NCBI GenBank assembly: GCA_963718055.1
Contig: CAVQXZ010000001.1
Location: 848,983-912,982, forward strand
DNA from: an uncultured Holophagae bacterium
GTDB lineage: Bacteria; Acidobacteriota; Thermoanaerobaculia; Thermoanaerobaculales; Sulfomarinibacteraceae
Length of the DNA stretch: 64,000 bases
Direction: 5' to 3'
Part shown: piece by piece, positions 26,663 through 34,570 of the stretch
How the letters are laid out: each line of letters starts with the position of its first letter
Position numbering within the stretch: position 1 is the first letter of the stretch
Notes under the pieces: model-generated
What the model saw: the letters and a program-made list of their open reading frames with translations, nothing else
The model's database searches: none
What the model was told of the DNA's origin: nothing
Position numbers and translations under genes: made by a program

Positions 26663-27544
26663 TCACTCCATGGCGGCGACCAGCGGCGCCAGGCCCGAGC
26701 CCTCGGGGAGGAGGATGACGGCGCCCGAGCTCTTGACGATCCGGTCGGTCTCGAGCACCTCGAACATCGTCGCCTCGATCTCCGGGTCGCGGCCGATCGT
26801 CTCGAGCGCGGCGCCGACGATCTTCGGGCGCATCGCCGCGGCGCGGCCGAACTCGACCGCCGCCTTGCGCTGCGCCGAGCTGGTGATGATGTCGACCTTG
26901 TTGGCGCCGTCCTGGCGGATCGCCGAGGTCACCTGGCGCAGCCGGTTGACCACCTTCTGCTCGATCTGCTCGATCATGCCGCGGTCGCGGAAGTGGACCT
27001 TGCGGATGTACACCGAGCCGAGCTTGTAGCCCCACTGGTGGGACAGCGGCGTCACCTCCTCGCGGACCGTGTGGCTCATCTCGTGGCGGTCGGCGAGCAT
27101 GTTGTCGAGCTGCATGTTGGACAGGCAGCGCACGGTGGCGTTCGACACGTTGGCGCGCAGCGAGCCGCGCGGGTCGACGTTCTTGAACAGGAAGGCGACC
27201 GGGTCCGAGATGTACATCTCGTACCAGATGCCGATGCCCATCGGCGCCCCTTCCTCGGAGTTGACCGCCTGCGAGCGCAGGTACTCCTGGTCGAGGCGGA
27301 GGTCGAGGGTGTAGCAGCGGCCGAGCCAGTGGACGATGAACGCCGGCACGCCGAGCCGGGTGGGCAGGAAGTACAGCCCCGGCTCGTCGATGATGCCGAG
27401 GACCTTGCCGAACAGCATGTAGACCTTGGCCTGGCGCTCGCCGACGACGACGAACCAGCCGAACAGCCGGATCAGGGCGAGCAGGATGGGCACGGCGATG
27501 AACAGACCCAGGAAGGTGACCGCCGCGGTGATGAGGAAGGTCAT
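26663..27544 (-). CDS. SPFH/band-7 domain membrane protein
   Basis: 293 aa. TM anchor TFLITAAVTFLGLFIAVPILLALI, then QAKVYMLFGKVLGIIDEPGLYFLP ... GYKLGSVYIRKVHFRD. The ATG overlaps the upstream SPFH gene stop (ATGA). Confidence 0.85.
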   Translation of the reverse strand: MTFLITAAVTFLGLFIAVPILLALIRLFGWFVVVGERQAKVYMLFGKVLGIIDEPGLYFLPTRLGVPAFIVHWLGRCYTLDLRLDQEYLRSQAVNSEEGAPMGIGIWYEMYISDPVAFLFKNVDPRGSLRANVSNATVRCLSNMQLDNMLADRHEMSHTVREEVTPLSHQWGYKLGSVYIRKVHFRDRGMIEQIEQKVVNRLRQVTSAIRQDGANKVDIITSSAQRKAAVEFGRAAAMRPKIVGAALETIGRDPEIEATMFEVLETDRIVKSSGAVILLPEGSGLAPLVAAME

Positions 27545-28534
27545 GACGCCACCTCCCGGAAGACCCGGCTGGCCTTCTCATAGAGGCCGAGCCGGACGTA
27601 GCGGCGGTAGGCCCGGAGCGCTTCGGACCCCGCCGCCTTGAGCTGGGCGAGCTCGCGGGCGAGGGCCTCGAGGGGCTCCACCTCTGCCTGCGCCTTCAGT
27701 GTCTCGATCTCCACCGCGCGTCGCGACTGGACCAGGGTCTGGTCGGCGGTGGCGCGGGCCAGGGAGATCTCGGACGAGACGTGGTTGTGGGCGGTGTTGA
27801 TGGCGGCGAGCGCGGCGTCGACGTCGGTGCGGTGGGTCGATGCCGGTGATCAGCGAGGCGTCGAGGGCGATGCCGTAGCGCGCCTCGGAGACCTTGCACT
27901 CGGCGAGCATGTGTTCGTTGAGGTCGCGCAGGTTCTTGCGCAGGTCGTTGATCGACACCCCGGCGACGGTGGAGGCGTCGACCTCCTCGCTGTCGCCGTG
28001 GACTCCCGGGCCGGTCGGCGCCTCGAAGGTGGCGATGCGCTCCCTGAGCACCGAGATGAAGTAGCCCATGACGTGGGCCAGCGGGTTCTTGACGCCGAAC
28101 AGGTAGGCGTAGAGGTTGCGCTCCGCGACCTGGAAGCGGATCTGGCCGGTGAGCCCGGTGTTGAGCTGATCCTTGGTGACCGCCTCCAGCACCGTGCCGC
28201 CGTCGTTGGCGGTGGCGCTCTCGGGGTCGTAGGCCATGCTGACGGTCTCGGTCGCCACCGAGACCTTGTAGATCTTCTCCCAGGGCATCTTGAAGTAGGG
28301 TCCGCCGGGCGGGATCACCCGGAGCAGCGGGAAGGCGTAGCGCGCACGCTCGTCGGCGTCGAAGCCGGCGCCGAGCTCGCCGTCGGTCACCGTCGCCGTG
28401 CCCAGACGCTGCGCTCTTCCGAACACCGTCTTGATAGCGCGCTCGTTCTGGTCGACGGTGTAGATCCCACCGACTACGTAGCGCACCACGAACCAGGCGA
28501 GAAACCCCGCCATCATCCCGGCCAGCAACGACAT
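27541..28534 (-). CDS. SPFH/band-7 domain protein; frame broken near 27826-27832
   Basis: ATG 28534 (AAGGAGG upstream). MSLLAGMMAGFLAWFVVRYVVGGIYTVDQNERAIKTVFGR... runs to ...ASLITGIDPP in one frame. The convincing coiled-coil tail DVDAALAAINTAHNHVSSEISLARATADQTLVQSRRAVEIETLKAQAEVEPLEALARELAQLKAAG...REVAS-stop lies in the next frame. The span length is 3n+1. Confidence 0.8.
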
Positions 28535-28787
28535 GCCGTCCTCCTTTCGGGTTGGGTCCCGGAGTCGTCTGGAGTCGGATCTTACCGGAGGATCGGCGAA
28601 TGTGGTGTGAAGAGATTGCGGCTCGACTCCAGGCGGTCGATCTGAGGGCGCAACCGGCGCCCCGTCGCGACGAACGCGGAGGGCGACGACCCTCGGGGAC
28701 CACCTCGCGAATAGTGCCAGGCGCGCCAGGATCGCGGCAGGGCGCGCCGAGCAGCTGGAGCCTGCCGACCCCCGTGGTGGTTTCCTG

Positions 28788-28816
28788 ATGACATCTGGGT
28801 CACCCAGGAGTATGTT
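28788..28816 (+). promoter_or_regulatory. Putative promoter of the first LVIVD gene
   Basis: ATGACA (28788-28793), N17, TATGTT (28811-28816), followed by GAG. The same layout and downstream ..TTGAG.. box occur at 30482 and 31246. Confidence 0.4.
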
Positions 28817-28854
28817 GAGAACAAGCGAACAAGCCTTCACAGAGGGGGGACACC

Positions 28855-29883
28855 ATGAAGAGCCCGCGGCCCGCGTGTCGGTTGGTGGCGCTTCTCGGGA
28901 TCGGTGCGGGTGTGCTCGCAACGCCGGTCGGTGCGCAGGGGTGCCCGGAGCTGGTCGGCTCCTACGGCACGCCGGGGGTCGCCTACGTCGTCGCGGTAGC
29001 CGGCTCCTACGCTTATGTGGTGGGCTACGCCGCCGGCCTGCGGGTGATCGACGTCTCCAACCCCGCGGCGCCGTTCGAGGTCGGCTCCTACGACACGCCG
29101 GGTTTCGCCTACGGCGTCGCCGTTGCCGGCTCCTACGCTTATGTGGCGGACGAGGACGCCGGCCTGCGGGTGATCGACGTCTCCAACCCCGCGGCGCCGT
29201 TCGAGGTCGGCTCCTACGACACGCCGGGGTGGGCCCTGGGAGTCGCCGTTGCCGGCTCCTACGCTCATGTGGCGGGCTACCACGCCGGCCTCCGGGTCGT
29301 GGACGTCTCCAACCCCGCGGCGCCGTTCGAGGTCGGCTTCTGCGACACGCCGGGGTACGCCTTCAGCGTCGCCGTTGACGGCTCCTACGCCTACGTGGCG
29401 GACGATTACGTCGGCCTGCGCGTGATCGATGTCTCCAACCCCGCGGCGCCGTTCGAGGTCGGCTCCTACGACACGCCGGGGAACGCCTATGGCGTCGCCG
29501 TTGACGGCTCCTACGCCTGCGTGGCGGACGGGTACTACGGCCTGCGGGTGGTCGACGTCTCCAACCCCGCGGCGCCGTTCGAGGTCGGCTCCTCCGACAC
29601 GCCGGGGTACGCCTGGGGCGTCGCCGTTGCCGGCTCCTACGCCTACGTGGCGGAAGACCTCGCCGGCCTGCGGGTGATCGACGTCTCCGACCCCGCGGCG
29701 CCGTTCGAGGTCGGCTCCTACGACACGCCGGGGAACGCCTACGGCGTCGCCGTTGACGGCTCCTACGCGTACGTGGCGGATGGGACCGTCGGCCTGGAAG
29801 TCCTGACCAGCTGCGAGGGCCTCCTCTTCCACGACGACTTCGAGTCCGGCGACACCTCGGCGTGGAGCGCGACGGTGCCGTAG
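28855..29883 (+). CDS. LVIVD-repeat beta-propeller protein (seven 42-aa blades) with the C-terminal tag
   Basis: Signal peptide [29 protein letters not shown]. The repeated unit is [39 protein letters not shown]. Ends [24 protein letters not shown]. Confidence 0.9.
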   Translation: MKSPRPACRLVALLGIGAGVLATPVGAQGCPELVGSYGTPGVAYVVAVAGSYAYVVGYAAGLRVIDVSNPAAPFEVGSYDTPGFAYGVAVAGSYAYVADEDAGLRVIDVSNPAAPFEVGSYDTPGWALGVAVAGSYAHVAGYHAGLRVVDVSNPAAPFEVGFCDTPGYAFSVAVDGSYAYVADDYVGLRVIDVSNPAAPFEVGSYDTPGNAYGVAVDGSYACVADGYYGLRVVDVSNPAAPFEVGSSDTPGYAWGVAVAGSYAYVAEDLAGLRVIDVSDPAAPFEVGSYDTPGNAYGVAVDGSYAYVADGTVGLEVLTSCEGLLFHDDFESGDTSAWSATVP

Positions 29884-29920
29884 GCTGTCGGACACCCCAT
29901 TCGTAAGCGTGGAGGTAACC

Positions 29921-30325
29921 ATGGCTTCTGGCAGACGGCGCTTGCCCTCCTCATCGGAAGAACCCGTTCTATGGCTGCTGTACTGGACACCGCGAGTGCT
30001 CTGCATCCTGTATGCCGCGTTCATCAGCATCTTCGCAGCGGACGTCTTCGGTGGGGGCGTAGGCTTCTGGCAGACGGCGCTTGCCCTCCTCATCCATCTC
30101 ATCCCGACCTTCCTCATGGTCGCGGTGCTTGTCGTCTCCTGGCGCCGTGAGTGGATCGGAGGAGTGGTGTACATCGCGTTGGCGGCGCTGTGGGTCATCT
30201 GGGCGTGGAACAAGCCTTTCTTCGGATGGGTGCCGCTCCTCCTGATAGCGGGGCCCCTGGTGGTGACCGGCGTGCTCTTCCTGCTCAACTGGCGTTACCG
30301 CAAGGAGCTTCGCCCCACCGCCTGA
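29921..30325 (+). CDS. Small four-TM membrane protein of unknown function
   Basis: ATG 29921 with GGAGG at 29911-29915. Hydrophobic segments are VLCILYAAFISIFAADVF, ALALLIHLIPTFLMVAVLVV, VVYIALAALWVIWAW and LLLIAGPLVVTGVLFLL. Confidence 0.6.
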   Translation: MASGRRRLPSSSEEPVLWLLYWTPRVLCILYAAFISIFAADVFGGGVGFWQTALALLIHLIPTFLMVAVLVVSWRREWIGGVVYIALAALWVIWAWNKPFFGWVPLLLIAGPLVVTGVLFLLNWRYRKELRPTA

Positions 30326-30481
30326 GCTCGAGCGCAAGCACCGAGGGGCGACGAACCGCGCCGACGAGGCTCTCAGGCGATCGCGGACCCACGACCCCAA
30401 CGTGAACTGACCGCCAGGCGCGGCAGGCTGCGCTGAGCCGCGCGCACAATCAAATCCGCACATTGTCCGCATGTTTTCCTG

Positions 30482-30510
30482 TTGACTTTCGAGTTATCGC
30501 GACCCACATT
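30482..30510 (+). promoter_or_regulatory. Putative promoter of the second (decayed) LVIVD gene
   Basis: TTGACT (30482-30487), N17, CACATT (30505-30510), followed by GAGTGCA. Confidence 0.4.
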
Positions 30511-30548
30511 GAGTGCAAGCTAACAAGCCTTCAGACGAGGGGGACGCC

Positions 30549-31260
30549 ATGAAGAGCCCGCGGCCCGCGTGTCGGTTGGTGGCGCTCCTGGGGATTGGTG
30601 TAGGTGTACTCGCGACGCCAGCGCTCGCGCAGGACTGCCCAGCGTTCGTTGGATCTGTCGAAATTGAAACGGGGGTGGTTTACCCCAGAGGGGCCGTTGC
30701 GGTATCCGACGGCTATGCATACGTTGCAGCCAACTCGGCGGGACTGCGAGTGATCGACGTGAGGATGCCGTCGACACCGATAGAGGTCGGCTCTCTCGAT
30801 ACCCCGGGTGATGCCATGAATCTGGCGGTCTCCGGAAGCCACGTCTTCGTCGCGGATGGCTCCAGCTTCAGCACGCGTGTGATCGACGTGAGCATACCGT
30901 CTGCGCCGGTTGAGGTTGGGGTCATCGACATGGCGTACAGCCCGAGGGAGTCGACGAGTTGCGTGAGCGACTACGCGTACGGTCGCGGAAGGCTTCCTGG
31001 CCTGGGATTGCATGTCATCGACGTGAGCTCGCCCTCGGCCCCGGTGGAGGTTGGCTTGATCGACGCGCCAGGGTCTCGCCAGGGGTGTCGCGGTGTCCAA
31101 CGGTTACGCCTATGTCGTGCGAGTGACTGGGGCAAAAGATTAGCAGTCTCCACCGCTGATTGACGTCAGCACGCCCTCGGCTCCGGTCGAGATCGGCTTC
31201 GCCGATATTGCGCCGAGCCGCGATGGCCCCCTCCCCATCTCCCTGTTGACAATCCCTTAG
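30549..31260 (+). pseudogene. Decayed LVIVD-repeat paralog (frame shifts, internal stop, no C-terminal tag)
   Basis: The N-terminus [36 protein letters not shown] is nearly identical to the 28855 gene, including its upstream leader. The repeats degrade after about 31070: GLARGVAVSNGYAYVV is in another frame and ends at TAG 31140, and a further [17 protein letters not shown] blade lies in yet another frame up to TAG 31258-31260. Confidence 0.7.
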
Positions 31261-31274
31261 CCGGGACACAGATT
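31246..31274 (+). promoter_or_regulatory. Putative promoter of the third LVIVD gene, embedded in the tail of the pseudogene
   Basis: TTGACA (31246-31251), N17, CAGATT (31269-31274), followed by GAGAGCA. Confidence 0.45.
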
Positions 31275-31310
31275 GAGAGCACGGTAGCAATCGGCAGAAA
31301 GGGGAAACCC

Positions 31311-32356
31311 GTGAGCAGCCACATGCCCGTGACCCACGTGGTGGCGCTCGTCGTGATCGGAGTGTCTGTACTTGCGGTGCCGGCGCTTGCAGACTGCCCA
31401 GAGTTCGTGGGGTGGGTTGACACTCCGGGCAGCGCCCGCGGCGTTGCCGTTTCGGGCAGCCGCGCCTACGTCGCGGACGGGGAGGAGGGTCTTCGCGTGA
31501 TCGACATTGGCAACCCCTCGGCCCCGGTAGAGGTCGGCTTCGTCGACACACCGGGCGCCGAGGACGTCGCGGTATCGGGCGGCTACGCGTACGTCGCGGG
31601 GGGGGGGGCCTTCGGGTGATCGACGTGAGCGTGCCGTCTGCTCCGGTGGAGGTGGGATTCCTCGGCACTTCGGGGTCCGCCGTGGACGTTGCGGTGTCGG
31701 GCAACTACGCATACCTCGCCGACTGGACGCCAGGCTTTCGGGTGATCGACGTCAGCACCCCCTCAGCCCCGGTGGAGGTGGGATTCCTCGACAATCCCCC
31801 TTGGGCCGGGGGCGTCGCGGTGTCGGGCAGCTACGCGTACGTCACGTACGGCTGGGTTTCCAATTACTTTTGCGTGATCGACGTCAGCATGCCGTCGGCC
31901 CCGGTGGAGGTGGCTGTCCTCGAAACTCCCGGTTGGCCCCAGGCCGTCGCGGTCGAGGGCGGCTACGCGTACGTCGTGGCGTGGGAGGAAGTCCCTTGCG
32001 AGTCAGGTCTCTCTGTGATCGACGTGAGCAATCCCTCGGCCCCGGTGCAAGTAGGGTTTGCCGATACTCCGGGTGTCCCCCCCCTCGCCGTCGCGGTGTC
32101 GGGCAGCTACGCGTACGTCGCGAACGGGGAGGATGGTTTCCGCGTGATCGACGTGAGCAACCCCTCGGCCCCTGTGCAAGTAGGGGTTGCCGATACTCCG
32201 GGTGTCGCCCTCGACGTCGCGGTATCGGGCGGCTACGCGTACCTCGCCGACTCGTCCGCCGGTCTCGCCGTCTTCTTGGAGTGCCCGCTCGGGTGGGTGT
32301 TCGGGGACGGTTTCGAGTCCGGCGACACCTCGGCGTGGAGCGCAACGGTGCCGTAG
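31311..32356 (+). CDS. LVIVD-repeat beta-propeller protein with the C-terminal tag; interrupted by an 11-G homopolymer (31598-31608)
   Basis: ORFs 31311..31619 and 31616..32356 are two halves of one repeat protein. The first ends ...[17 protein letters not shown] inside the G-run; one more G would read ...[17 protein letters not shown]. Signal peptide [20 protein letters not shown]. Ends [24 protein letters not shown]. Confidence 0.8.
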
Positions 32357-32358
32357 GC

Positions 32359-32733
32359 CTACTGCATCACCTCGCTGCAGTCATCAACCTCCGCGTCGAC
32401 GACCTTCCCGCCAGCCGGCAGTGCCAACACCGGCTGGGGCTGGACGTAGAGCAGTTCCTCGTACGCCACCCGGTCATCGTCTGATGCGACGAAGTCCTTC
32501 CGAATGTGCACGACGATCTCCGGCCCCCGTGGGTGGTCCGCCTCGCCGGTGAGCTTTGCCTCAAGCTCCACGATCCGACGAAGCTCGGACGCTGCCCGGA
32601 GGATCTCCGCCGAGTTCCCCAGCTGCTCGGCGCACTCCATCACGCGGTCGACCCGGCGGTGCAGCTCGCGGGCCTTCTCGAGGGTGGCCCGGCGGAGCGG
32701 GGCCGGAGAGGGGGACGGGCGGCGTACAGCCAT
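32359..32733 (-). CDS. Hypothetical protein (124 aa)
   Basis: ATG 32733 within ORF 32359..32940. Balanced composition (LEKARELHRRVDRVMECAEQLGNSAEILRAASELRRIVELEAKLTGE...). The upstream part of the long ORF is translation of the tandem repeat. I recognise no family. Confidence 0.4.
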   Translation of the reverse strand: MAVRRPSPSPAPLRRATLEKARELHRRVDRVMECAEQLGNSAEILRAASELRRIVELEAKLTGEADHPRGPEIVVHIRKDFVASDDDRVAYEELLYVQPQPVLALPAGGKVVDAEVDDCSEVMQ

Positions 32734-32784
32734 CCGCCGGTGACGGTGGGGCGCCGCGCCCGCAGGGCGCGAGCCACCTGACGT

Positions 32785-32986
32785 TTGCGCCGTGACAAGC
32801 TGGACTTCGCCGTGTGCCCGGCTTCGCCTTTGGCTTCCGGCTTCGCGTGCCGCTTCGCCGTGACAAGTCGCCGTGACAAGCCAGCTACGCCGTGTGCCCG
32901 GCTTCGCGTGCCGCTTCGCCGTGACAAGTCGCCGTGACAAGCCAGCTACGCCGTGTGCCCGGCTTCGCTTTCAGCTACGCCGTGGC
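32785..32986. repeat. Tandem array (61-bp period, about 3.3 copies) rich in CGCCGTGACAAG / CGCCGTGTGCCCGG iteron-like words
   Basis: CTACGCCGTGTGCCCGGCTTCGCGTGCCGCTTCGCCGTGACAAGTCGCCGTGACAAGCCAG recurs at 32885 and 32946, with a longer variant from about 32805. The 12-mer CGCCGTGACAAG occurs five times. Confidence 0.8.
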
Positions 32987-33021
32987 ATTTCCTTTCTCGG
33001 CCGCCGGCCGAGAAAGGAAAT
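32987..33021 (-). terminator. Perfect 16-bp hairpin immediately 3' of tRNA-Lys
   Basis: ATTTCCTTTCTCGGCC gcc GGCCGAGAAAGGAAAT (32987-33002 / 33006-33021). It abuts the tRNA 3' end. There is no clear U-tract. Confidence 0.5.
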
Positions 33022-33093
33022 GGGCCGTCCGGGATTTGAACCCGGGACCACCGGATTAAAAGTCCGATGCTCTACCAGCTGAGCTAACGGCCC
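33021..33093 (-). tRNA. tRNA-Lys (anticodon TTT)
   Basis: The reverse complement reads GGGCCGTTAGCTCAGCTGGTAGAGCATCGGACTTTTAATCCGGTGGTCCCGGGTTCAAATCCCGGACGGCCCA. It forms a cloverleaf with anticodon loop CTTTTAA. CCA is not encoded. Confidence 0.95.
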
Positions 33094-33129
33094 GCCGGAT
33101 CTCCAATGTAGCGCCCGCCGCCGGGAGGT

Positions 33130-34479
33130 TCAAGCCGAGCCGGCGCCGGCAGCCGCCATCACCTCGGCGAAACGGCGGGCGATGGGATGGTCGCCGCGCA
33201 CCATGGTCTCCTCGCGGCGCGGGCCGGTCGACACGAGCACGATCGGCACCCCGACGTGGCGTTCGAGGTAGCGCAGGTAGTCGCGGGCCGCGGGCGGCAG
33301 CTCGGTCGCGTGCGTCAGACCGGCGGTGCTCGCCTGCCAGCCGCGGCGCTCCTCGTAGCGCGGCCGGGCGGCGGCCACCAGTGCGGGATCCGCCGGCACG
33401 CTGTCCAATGTCGTGCCGTCCGGAAGCTCGTAGGCCACAGCCACCTTGATCGTGGCCAGCGTGTCGAGCACGTCGAGCTTGGTCAGGGCGATGGCATCGA
33501 TGCCGGCCGTGTGCGCCGCGAAGCGGGCGGCGACCGCGTCAAACCAGCCGCAGCGGCGGGGCCGGCCGGTGGTGGTGCCGAACTCGGCGCCGCGCTCGCG
33601 CAGGCCGTCGCCGATGGCGTCGCTGAGCTCGGTGGGGAAGGGGCCGCTGCCGACGCGGGTGACGTAGGCCTTCAGCACGCCGACCACCGGGCCCAGCAGC
33701 TGCGGCGAAATGCCGCAGGAGGCGGCCGCGGTTGCCGGCAGGCAGTCCGAGGAGGTGACGAAGGGGTAGGTGCCCCACCAGCGGTCGAGCAGAACGCCCT
33801 GCGCGCCCTCGAAGAGGATCGGCTGGCCGGCCGCGACGTGGCGCCGGATCTCCGGGCCCACCTCCTTGAGCAGCGGGGCGATCCACTCGGCGGCGCGACC
33901 GAGTGACTCGAGCGCAGCGTCGACGTCGACCGGCGCGGCGCCGTACAGGCTGACCAGCTCGCGGTTGTGCTCGTCCATCAGCGCGCGCGCTTCGGCCGCC
34001 AGCCGCTTACCGTCCGCCAGCAGATAAGCGCGCAGGCCGCGCCGCTGCGCCTGGTCCTGGTAGGCGGGGCCGATGCCGCGGCCGGTGGTGCCGATCTTGG
34101 CGGACCCGGCGGCCTGCTCGCGGACTCCGTCGAGGGCCTGGTGGGTGGGGAGGATCAGCGACGCGCGCGGCGACACGAAGACCCGGCCCTCGGTGCCGAT
34201 GCCCTCGGCGGCGAGGCGGTCGATCTCGGAGACCAGGAACGTGGGGTCGATGACCATCCCTGCCGCCAGGTAGCAGGTGACGCTGGCGTGGATGACCCCG
34301 GACGGGATCAGGTGGAGCGCGAACCTGCGGTCGCCGAAGCGCACGGTGTGGCCAGCGTTGTGGCCGCCGTTGTAGCGGATCACCACGGGGTAGCCCGCCG
34401 ACAGCAGGTCGACGACCTTGCCCTTGCCCTCGTCACCCCACTGGCCACCGACGATCATCAGGGAGCGGTCAGGATCCAC
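33130..34479 (-). CDS. purA: Adenylosuccinate synthetase
   Basis: QWGDEGKGKVVD, YNGGHNAGHTV, GTTGRGIGPAY, TTGRPRRCGWFD. GTG 34479 is preferred (GGAGG 5 nt upstream); an alternative ATG is at 34458. Confidence 0.95.
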   Translation of the reverse strand: MDPDRSLMIVGGQWGDEGKGKVVDLLSAGYPVVIRYNGGHNAGHTVRFGDRRFALHLIPSGVIHASVTCYLAAGMVIDPTFLVSEIDRLAAEGIGTEGRVFVSPRASLILPTHQALDGVREQAAGSAKIGTTGRGIGPAYQDQAQRRGLRAYLLADGKRLAAEARALMDEHNRELVSLYGAAPVDVDAALESLGRAAEWIAPLLKEVGPEIRRHVAAGQPILFEGAQGVLLDRWWGTYPFVTSSDCLPATAAASCGISPQLLGPVVGVLKAYVTRVGSGPFPTELSDAIGDGLRERGAEFGTTTGRPRRCGWFDAVAARFAAHTAGIDAIALTKLDVLDTLATIKVAVAYELPDGTTLDSVPADPALVAAARPRYEERRGWQASTAGLTHATELPPAARDYLRYLERHVGVPIVLVSTGPRREETMVRGDHPIARRFAEVMAAAGAGSA

Positions 34480-34570
34480 CTCGGCCTCCGAAAGTGCATG
34501 ATACCGTGAAACCCGTCGCCGCCAAAGCCATCCATGGACTGCAGATACGCTCCATCGACTCCGGGCTACA

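Noticed and set aside
32734-32940. N-terminal extension of ORF 32359..32940, with the repeated peptide LVTAKRHAKPG.
   Set aside because: The periodic peptide is simply the translation of the DNA tandem array. The credible CDS starts at ATG 32733.
32785-32986. Tandem repeat array considered as a possible CRISPR.
   Set aside because: Consecutive units are directly adjacent copies of one 61-bp sequence. There are no unique spacers, no palindromic CRISPR-type repeat, and no cas genes in the window.
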